This document shows positions 16,332 through 22,766 of a stretch of 24,000 nt of DNA, piece after piece. Both the position numbers and the translations under genes were made by a program. This DNA is from an uncultured Ignisphaera sp. (GTDB lineage: Archaea; Thermoproteota; Thermoprotei_A; Sulfolobales; Ignisphaeraceae): the NCBI GenBank assembly GCA_964447975.1, contig CAYUUS010000001.1, positions 29,774-53,773 of the forward strand, written 5' to 3'. Numbering within the stretch: position 1 is the first letter of the stretch; the number at the start of each line of letters is the position of its first letter. The notes below the pieces were generated by a model, which searched no databases, was not told the DNA's origin, and saw nothing but the letters and a program-made list of their open reading frames with translations.

Positions 16332-16982
16332 ATGATAGTCGCATTAATACCTATTAAGACACTTACTAAAGCGAAATCTAGACTTAGACCTATAGAGGAA
16401 TCCATACGTATTGAAATTATAAAAGCTATGTTAAGAGATGTTATAGATGCTTACATAAATTCAAAAAGTGTTGATAGAATTATTTTAATAACACCAGATA
16501 CAAATATAAAGGATGTCGTTAAGGAGTTCGACATAGATATAATCCAAGACGATGGTGTTGGTCAAATCGAGGCTTATTTTAAAGGTATAGAACATGCTTT
16601 AAAAAGTTATGGATATAAATTCAATTCTTTAATTTTCAGTGTAGCTGACACCCCATTTATCTCAAGCCATGATGTCAATGCCATAGCTAGGGTTTATCAA
16701 GAAGGTTTTGAAGCAGTTCTTATACCATCAATTGATGGTGGTACAAATGTAATGCTGCAGAAATATCCTTTAGCAATAGAGCTTATGCATGGGGAAAACA
16801 GTTTTAAAAAACATCTGTTTAAGGCATTCGAAAAAAAAGTTAAGGTGTATATATACAGTTCTATAGGTTCTTTTATAGATATAGATACAGTTGAAGATAT
16901 CGTTGTAGCTAAATATTTATGTGAATATATTTATAGAGATGATAAAGGAACATGCAAGGTTTTATATAAATTATCAATATGA
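16332..16982 (+). CDS. cofC: 2-phospho-L-lactate guanylyltransferase (F420 biosynthesis)
   Basis: N-terminus MIVALIPIKTLTKAKSRL and internal SIDGGTNV ... FIDIDTVEDI match CofC hallmarks. The upstream ATG at 16278 would overlap the mfnE-like gene and add a non-conserved leader. Confidence 0.8.
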   Translation: MIVALIPIKTLTKAKSRLRPIEESIRIEIIKAMLRDVIDAYINSKSVDRIILITPDTNIKDVVKEFDIDIIQDDGVGQIEAYFKGIEHALKSYGYKFNSLIFSVADTPFISSHDVNAIARVYQEGFEAVLIPSIDGGTNVMLQKYPLAIELMHGENSFKKHLFKAFEKKVKVYIYSSIGSFIDIDTVEDIVVAKYLCEYIYRDDKGTCKVLYKLSI

Positions 16983-17006
16983 TAAAGAATCTATATAGTG
17001 ATATAT

Positions 17007-17981
17007 ATGAGAATAGCAATACTTTCAGGTGGTCAAGGAGGGTTAAAGCTTTTCGAAGGATTGAGGGAATTGCTAAATCCAAATGACATAACTATAATAG
17101 CTAATACTGCTGATAATATATGGCTATTAGGCCTATACATAGCCCCAGATATAGATTCTGCGACGTATCTTCTATCTGGATTACTTGATATAAATAAATA
17201 TTGGGGTATTCTCAACGATACTTTCAATGCCTATAATATGATTAGAATACTTGGTGCACTAGACTGGTTTGTGTTAGGTGATAAAGATCTAGCTATACAT
17301 ATAGTTAGAACATATATGCTTAAACAAGGATATAGATTGACAGAAATTACAAAATATATATGCAGTATGCTTAAAGCCAAAGGAGTGGTACTGCCAATGA
17401 GTGATACACATGTAGAAACACATATACATACCGATTTAGGTGTTTTACATGTTCAAGAATACTTAGTGAAATATGCTGCTAAACATGACCCTGAAAAAAT
17501 AAAGGTATTTAACATCGAATACAAAGATATAGATAAAGCCTACGCTACAAAAGAGGTTATAAACACTTTAAATAATGTTGATGCCATTATAATAGGTCCT
17601 AGCAACCCATTCTTAAGTATAAACCCTATACTTAATACCAAAGGCGTTAAAGAATGTATTAGAAAGAGACGAGAAATGGGGATACCTGTTATTGCTGTTT
17701 CGCCTATCAAAGGCAGTAAAGCCTTTACAGGTGTAACACATATTTTAATGAAGTATTTAGGTTTTGAACAATCACCATATAGCATTGCTGAGATATATTC
17801 AGATGTTATATCAAATATCATTATAGATAACTCAGATGGGTATTTAGCACATAGAATTAAAGGGGTATTGGGAATCGATGTAGATTTAGCTGATATAGCT
17901 ATGGATAGTATTGATTCTAAGATAATACTAGCACAAAGGCTTTTAAATATAGTAACCAAACACCAAAATAAGAATAGATAG
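17007..17981 (+). CDS. cofD: 2-phospho-L-lactate transferase (LPPG:FO transferase, F420 biosynthesis)
   Basis: MRIAILSGGQGGLKL ... IIANTADNIWLLGLYIAPDIDSATYLLSGL is the CofD signature region. ATG at 17007 is preferred over GTG at 16998. Confidence 0.88.
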   Translation: MRIAILSGGQGGLKLFEGLRELLNPNDITIIANTADNIWLLGLYIAPDIDSATYLLSGLLDINKYWGILNDTFNAYNMIRILGALDWFVLGDKDLAIHIVRTYMLKQGYRLTEITKYICSMLKAKGVVLPMSDTHVETHIHTDLGVLHVQEYLVKYAAKHDPEKIKVFNIEYKDIDKAYATKEVINTLNNVDAIIIGPSNPFLSINPILNTKGVKECIRKRREMGIPVIAVSPIKGSKAFTGVTHILMKYLGFEQSPYSIAEIYSDVISNIIIDNSDGYLAHRIKGVLGIDVDLADIAMDSIDSKIILAQRLLNIVTKHQNKNR

Positions 17982-17992
17982 AGGTGTTGTAA

Positions 17993-18589
17993 TTGTCTAT
18001 ACCTGCTCCTAGACCTCCACCAAAATATTTTAAATTAAACACAATTTTAACTATTGTCTTATCAGCACTTGCTATACCTATTCACATAGGTAAAATCGAT
18101 TTTCCACTAGCTCCATTTCTAAAATTTGATTTTTGTGGAATTCCATTAGCAGTTGCAGGGTTCATAAACCTATCGCTATCTATTTCATTAGGACTGCCAA
18201 TATTTTATCTAGGTATTTTGGTGATAGGGGCCACCAACCCATTAAGTCCTCTTATGAAGGTTTTAGCAGAAGCTTCAACATATATACCAATGGTTTATCT
18301 ATATAGACGTCTACATAGTAGAAAAATTTCTTATAAAACTTTACTTCTAATTCTTACAGCAGTAGCTATGGTAAGTAGATGTGTGATAATGACTATATTA
18401 AACATCATTATAACACCACTAATAGCAACATTATTTTGGGGTGCACCTTCATATGAAGTAGCATTAACAAAAATCATTATACCTACCCTCCATCTAATAA
18501 ACATATTTAACGCCATCACAGCCCTATATGTTGCTATACTTTCAATGCCAATAATAAGAATAATTTCTAAGGAAGGGTTAATTGATTAA
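17993..18589 (+). CDS. ECF transporter substrate-binding (S) component, 198 aa, about 6 TM segments, specificity unknown
   Basis: Small, very hydrophobic protein with FLKFDFCGIPLAVAGF, resembling the conserved loop-1/TM2 region of RibU-type S components. Followed directly by EcfA-A' and EcfT. TTG start with GAGGTG (17981-17986) 6 nt upstream. Confidence 0.7.
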   Translation: MSIPAPRPPPKYFKLNTILTIVLSALAIPIHIGKIDFPLAPFLKFDFCGIPLAVAGFINLSLSISLGLPIFYLGILVIGATNPLSPLMKVLAEASTYIPMVYLYRRLHSRKISYKTLLLILTAVAMVSRCVIMTILNIIITPLIATLFWGAPSYEVALTKIIIPTLHLINIFNAITALYVAILSMPIIRIISKEGLID

Positions 18590-20042
18590 TACTAAAAACA
18601 TTATTGAAATCAAAGACCTATGGTTTAAATATAAAAATAGTGAATGGATATTAAAAAACCTTAAACTGGCTATAGCCAAGGGAGAATCAACACTAATAAT
18701 TGGATCCAGTGGTGTAGGCAAAACAACATTAACTAGAGTGCTAACAGGCTCTGCTATGCATATCTATGGTGGTGAGATAAAGGGTTATATTGAGATAAAT
18801 GGTAGAGATATATCTTATCTATCTGCAGAAGAGTTAAGGAACATTATCCAAGTAATCAACCAGAATCCATATACACATTTCATCTATCCAAGGATAATAG
18901 ATGACCTAGTTAACTATGCATATACATTTTATAGAGATTTACCTAAAGCTATAAATGTGGTGAAAGAGATAAGTCGATGGCTGAATATAGAAGGAGTACT
19001 AGAGAAGAATATTTTTGAAGTATCAGGAGGACAATGCAAAAAAATTGCAATAGCAAAAGCACTTATTCCAAATCCCGAAATACTTATAATGGATGAGCCT
19101 CTCATGTGGCTAGATGACAATGGTTATAGAGAGTTGATCAGTATTTTGAAGATGTTTAAAAAGATGGGAAAGACTATTGTATTGCTTGAACATAGATTTC
19201 TACCACTATTAAGCTATGTAGACAGTATATATAGATTTATTGATGGGAATCTTGAAAAGATTCAACCAAAGGATATAGCTATGTTGAAAGATGTAGAGAA
19301 CACAGCTTTTCAAATAAAGATCTATGAAAAAAGCAACATTTCTAATATATATGAAGATAATATTGATAATTACGATGTTGTTTTAACAAATATATGGTTT
19401 AGATTTCAATATAGCGACTGGATTTTAAAAAACATAGATATTGCTATACCGAAAAACAGAACCGTGATTATATATGGTCTTAACGGCTCTGGAAAGTCTA
19501 CATTATTAAAAGTTATAGCTGGTTATCTAAAGCCTCAAAAAGGCTTTATTAAAAGATTTGGTAGAGCTATATATATACCACAAAATGTTTCTCTATTCTT
19601 TACAGAGGAATCTATATACAGCGAGTTAAAAAACATATGTTTACGAAGTTTAGATAGAGATATATGTGTTGAAAAAGGCATAGAACTTTTGAAGAGCTAT
19701 GGGTTTGATGATGTTGATAAAACACCGTTTGCTCTTTCATGGGGGCAGCAGATGAGATTAGCAGTTCTTCTTTCATTGATAGGAAGATACGATATTCTAA
19801 TACTCGATGAACCTTTTACAGGTCTTAGCTATATTGATAGATTAAAATTGATTGAACTTCTCTATAGAATACCCTATACAAAAATTATAGCCGTAAGTAA
19901 CCTAGAATCGCTAGCTCTTCTAGCTAGAAACTGCAACACAATATATATGCTATCCAATGGTGTTGTTAAACCCATTGATATAGAGTTCAATAAAATGTTT
20001 CCTGATATGATTTACAAATGGTGTGAAGCTGTATATAAGTGA
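18582..20042 (+). CDS. Fused ECF transporter ATPase EcfA-EcfA' (two ABC nucleotide-binding domains), 486 aa
   Basis: NBD1 has Walker A GSSGVGKTT, signature VSGGQ, Walker B ILIMDEP and an H-loop His (LLEHRF). NBD2 has Walker A GLNGSGKST, signature LSWGQ and Walker B ILILDEP, with no obvious H-loop His (IIAVSNLES). TTG start overlaps the S gene by 8 nt. Confidence 0.9.
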   Translation: MINTKNIIEIKDLWFKYKNSEWILKNLKLAIAKGESTLIIGSSGVGKTTLTRVLTGSAMHIYGGEIKGYIEINGRDISYLSAEELRNIIQVINQNPYTHFIYPRIIDDLVNYAYTFYRDLPKAINVVKEISRWLNIEGVLEKNIFEVSGGQCKKIAIAKALIPNPEILIMDEPLMWLDDNGYRELISILKMFKKMGKTIVLLEHRFLPLLSYVDSIYRFIDGNLEKIQPKDIAMLKDVENTAFQIKIYEKSNISNIYEDNIDNYDVVLTNIWFRFQYSDWILKNIDIAIPKNRTVIIYGLNGSGKSTLLKVIAGYLKPQKGFIKRFGRAIYIPQNVSLFFTEESIYSELKNICLRSLDRDICVEKGIELLKSYGFDDVDKTPFALSWGQQMRLAVLLSLIGRYDILILDEPFTGLSYIDRLKLIELLYRIPYTKIIAVSNLESLALLARNCNTIYMLSNGVVKPIDIEFNKMFPDMIYKWCEAVYK

Positions 20043-20048
20043 TTTAAA

Positions 20049-20774
20049 ATGCTAAGAGATGTAGCTTATTCCTTCATCTATAACTCTTCTACAAGTCTAA
20101 GCATTGTTACAAGAATATCAATCCCCGTTACCATAGTTCTATATCTTTTAGTCAACCCTTTTCTAAAATTAAAACCACTAGCAAATTTAATTTATATAAT
20201 ACCTGCACTTCTCATGGTTTTAACAATTATTTGTATAAGTGGTAGTTTCAAAAGAATTCTAGGAGGGTTGCAATTTGTTGCGCTCTTCATAGTGATAGGC
20301 TTAATAATAAATCTATTAGCAGGAATCTTTGGCTTCTGGACCACTAACCTAGTTAATGTGGCTATAGCTTCAATGAGAGGAGCCATAATGTTTATGACCA
20401 TAACCTTGATATTTCAATGGGTTAAAATAGAAGAGATTCAATGGCTTTTAGAGAAAATAGGTCTAGGTAGACTAGGAGTATCTATAGCTATAGCATTTTC
20501 ACAACTTCCACATATTATAGTGATGTATCTAGAAGCTCTAGTAACATTGAAATTAAAGTATGGCTCAAGATATCTCTACAAAGTTTTATTGCCATTAACT
20601 CTTTATACCATAAACCATGCCAGAGAAGTTGCAGAGGCTATATATATCCATGGAATGCCTAGATGTTTTGTAGATTTCTCAATAAAGATCAAAGATATTA
20701 TAATAATGATTTTATTCATATTTATTTTATTGATAGCATTATCTATATCGCTTATCATGAATGCTTTTTTGTAA
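20049..20774 (+). CDS. ecfT: ECF transporter transmembrane (T) component, EcfT/CbiQ family, 241 aa
   Basis: Polytopic membrane protein immediately after the ECF ATPase. Its C-terminal half (SQLPHIIVMYLEALVTLKLKYGS ... INHAREVAEAIYIHGM) has the layout of the two EcfT coupling helices. Confidence 0.75.
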   Translation: MLRDVAYSFIYNSSTSLSIVTRISIPVTIVLYLLVNPFLKLKPLANLIYIIPALLMVLTIICISGSFKRILGGLQFVALFIVIGLIINLLAGIFGFWTTNLVNVAIASMRGAIMFMTITLIFQWVKIEEIQWLLEKIGLGRLGVSIAIAFSQLPHIIVMYLEALVTLKLKYGSRYLYKVLLPLTLYTINHAREVAEAIYIHGMPRCFVDFSIKIKDIIIMILFIFILLIALSISLIMNAFL

Positions 20775-20810
20775 TGAAAGCTATCAAGATAGATTTATGG
20801 TAGAAGCCAT

Positions 20811-21704
20811 TTGCTGTATACTGACCGTTTAAGAAATAAATATAAATTGTATATCATTAGAAAGCCATTTAGATACTGGTTTCCTGGAACAAATGTTGTA
20901 AAAGAGATAGTAAAGGTTTATGGCAATAAAATTAGAGATGGAGACATCATAGTTATATCTGATAAAGCTCTTAATATAGCTCTCGGCAACATATATGATG
21001 AAAGTAATATATATGTCGACCCTATAACAAATGCAATGACCTTTATCACATCAAAGATTCTCTGGGGATATTTCCTTAAAGGAATATTTATAAATATAGA
21101 TACAGTTAGACTTATAAATGAGACACCTTTAAAGCTTCTTGCAAAACATAAGAAACTGGCATTGTCTATTGGTGGATTGAAACATTTCTTAAAACCTCTT
21201 TCTGAAGCCGGTATAGATGTGACAAATCTTCCGTATCAATATGTGTCTATACCTATTAAGAATATCTCTAATGTTGTTAGAGAGATAAAAGATGCTATAG
21301 ATAGAAAATTATTAGTAGATATAAATGTTCTTGTTGTTGACACGGATAAATGTTTTGTCTTCAAAGACATAAAATCTCTAGCAATTGCTTCAAGGCCTTC
21401 TGCTATAAAAGGTGTTATAGATCTTGGCTTTATTGCCTATATTCTTGGAAAAACCTTGAAGAACCTATTTGAGGTGTTTCCAACACCAACAGCATATCAA
21501 GGCATTTGGCTAGGACTCTATACAATACTTAGATTGGCGCATATAGCTGAGAGATTCCGTGGGCATGGAGCTGGGAGGAATATCATTGAGATGAGTAGAA
21601 TGTTAGGTGTAAAGAGTTTTGAGTGTGTTACATGGTCTTCTCTTAGAAAAATCAAACACTATCCTGTTATATTACTAAGGTTTAAAAATAAAAAATTATG
21701 TTAA
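20811..21704 (+). CDS. Divergent CofE-fold (F420-0:gamma-glutamyl ligase superfamily) protein, 297 aa. Start codon uncertain (TTG 20811 or TTG 20847).
   Basis: Motif-level resemblance to CofE: PGTNVVKEI ... DGDIIVISDKAL, EAGIDVTN and VLVVDTD. The rest is not recognisably conserved by eye. Confidence 0.45.
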   Translation: MLYTDRLRNKYKLYIIRKPFRYWFPGTNVVKEIVKVYGNKIRDGDIIVISDKALNIALGNIYDESNIYVDPITNAMTFITSKILWGYFLKGIFINIDTVRLINETPLKLLAKHKKLALSIGGLKHFLKPLSEAGIDVTNLPYQYVSIPIKNISNVVREIKDAIDRKLLVDINVLVVDTDKCFVFKDIKSLAIASRPSAIKGVIDLGFIAYILGKTLKNLFEVFPTPTAYQGIWLGLYTILRLAHIAERFRGHGAGRNIIEMSRMLGVKSFECVTWSSLRKIKHYPVILLRFKNKKLC

Positions 21705-22757
21705 TAATTCTTTCCATTTAATTTCTTTCTCTATTATCGTTATTAAATCTTTATCTCTAATTTTTAATGAATCAGCTGTTACTATACTTTGCATTTCTTT
21801 TAGTTTTTCAATTGTTGTAAATGTATCATATGGAACTAGTAGTATTGGGGTACCAGTCTCTTTAGCTTTTATAAGCACACCAATAGATGGATATAGATTA
21901 CCTGTCAAGATTATAGCACTTGGTTTAGTTTCAAGAGCCTGCATAATTAAATCTGTTCTATCACCACCTGTAACTATAGCAGCATTTACAGCTCTTCTAA
22001 ACCATCTAAGAGCAGCTTCGGGACTCATAGCACCTACGAGGATATCTTCAACCATAGAATTTAATTTATCTTTTCCTTCTAAAACCTCTGCATTCAATGC
22101 TTCTACAATATCTTTTACAGTTAATGCTACTAGTCTTGGTCTTTCTTCAATTACACCTAGAACCTTAATTCCAAATTTTTCTAGATATGGTATAATTAGG
22201 CTCTTGACACGTTCAGCATATATTACTGGTACTGTATTGAGTATAACACCATAAAGTTCTCCACCAAGTCTCTCTATAAAGCATTTATATAGAATGGTTC
22301 TATCAATTATTTCATCAATTACAGCTCTACTTCTACAGTCTACAACCAATATAATTTTAGCGTTCAACATTTTAGCAATATCTATAACACTACAATTTAT
22401 AGATGTCAAAGCTTCAGCAGGTGTATAACCCTCAACAATAACTATATCTTTCCCCTCACTAATTTTCTTAAAACTCTCTAAAATGCTCTTTTTAACATCC
22501 TCTATACGTTCACCTAACTCAAGATAACTTCGAGATATTACAATAGGTGAAATATATTCTATAGCATTTTCCAGCTCTAAAGCATCTCTAATAGCAATAA
22601 CATCTGTATCCACATATTTGCCTGAGGCCAATCTAGTTCTAGCCATTGATATAGGCTTAAAATATGCTACTTTAAAGCCCTCTAAAGAGAACTTTCTTAA
22701 AAGCCCATATATTAAAAGGGTTTTCCCTCTTTCACCAATCACATATATAGTTTTCAT
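21696..22757 (-). CDS. Stand-alone Pta-N-terminal-like protein (BioD/CobQ-like P-loop-fold domain plus DRTGG domain), about 353 aa, with no phosphotransacetylase catalytic domain
   Basis: AIVTGGDRTDLIMQALE is the DRTGG motif. N-terminus MKTIYVIGERGKT. AGGTGA (22763-22768) lies 5 nt upstream of ATG 22757 and overlaps the TAG stop of the upstream ACD gene. The GTG at 22766 lies inside that SD. Confidence 0.8.
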   Translation of the reverse strand: MKTIYVIGERGKTLLIYGLLRKFSLEGFKVAYFKPISMARTRLASGKYVDTDVIAIRDALELENAIEYISPIVISRSYLELGERIEDVKKSILESFKKISEGKDIVIVEGYTPAEALTSINCSVIDIAKMLNAKIILVVDCRSRAVIDEIIDRTILYKCFIERLGGELYGVILNTVPVIYAERVKSLIIPYLEKFGIKVLGVIEERPRLVALTVKDIVEALNAEVLEGKDKLNSMVEDILVGAMSPEAALRWFRRAVNAAIVTGGDRTDLIMQALETKPSAIILTGNLYPSIGVLIKAKETGTPILLVPYDTFTTIEKLKEMQSIVTADSLKIRDKDLITIIEKEIKWKELLT

Positions 22758-22766
22758 AAATATCAC

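Noticed and set aside
17540-17959. 139-aa - strand ORF inside cofD, 17033-17227 (-) inside cofD, and 18331-18519 (-), 18929-19120 (-) and 20192-20401 (-) inside the ECF genes
   Set aside because: Antisense to recognisable CofD and ECF genes. AT-rich DNA yields Ile/Leu/Ser-rich shadow frames.
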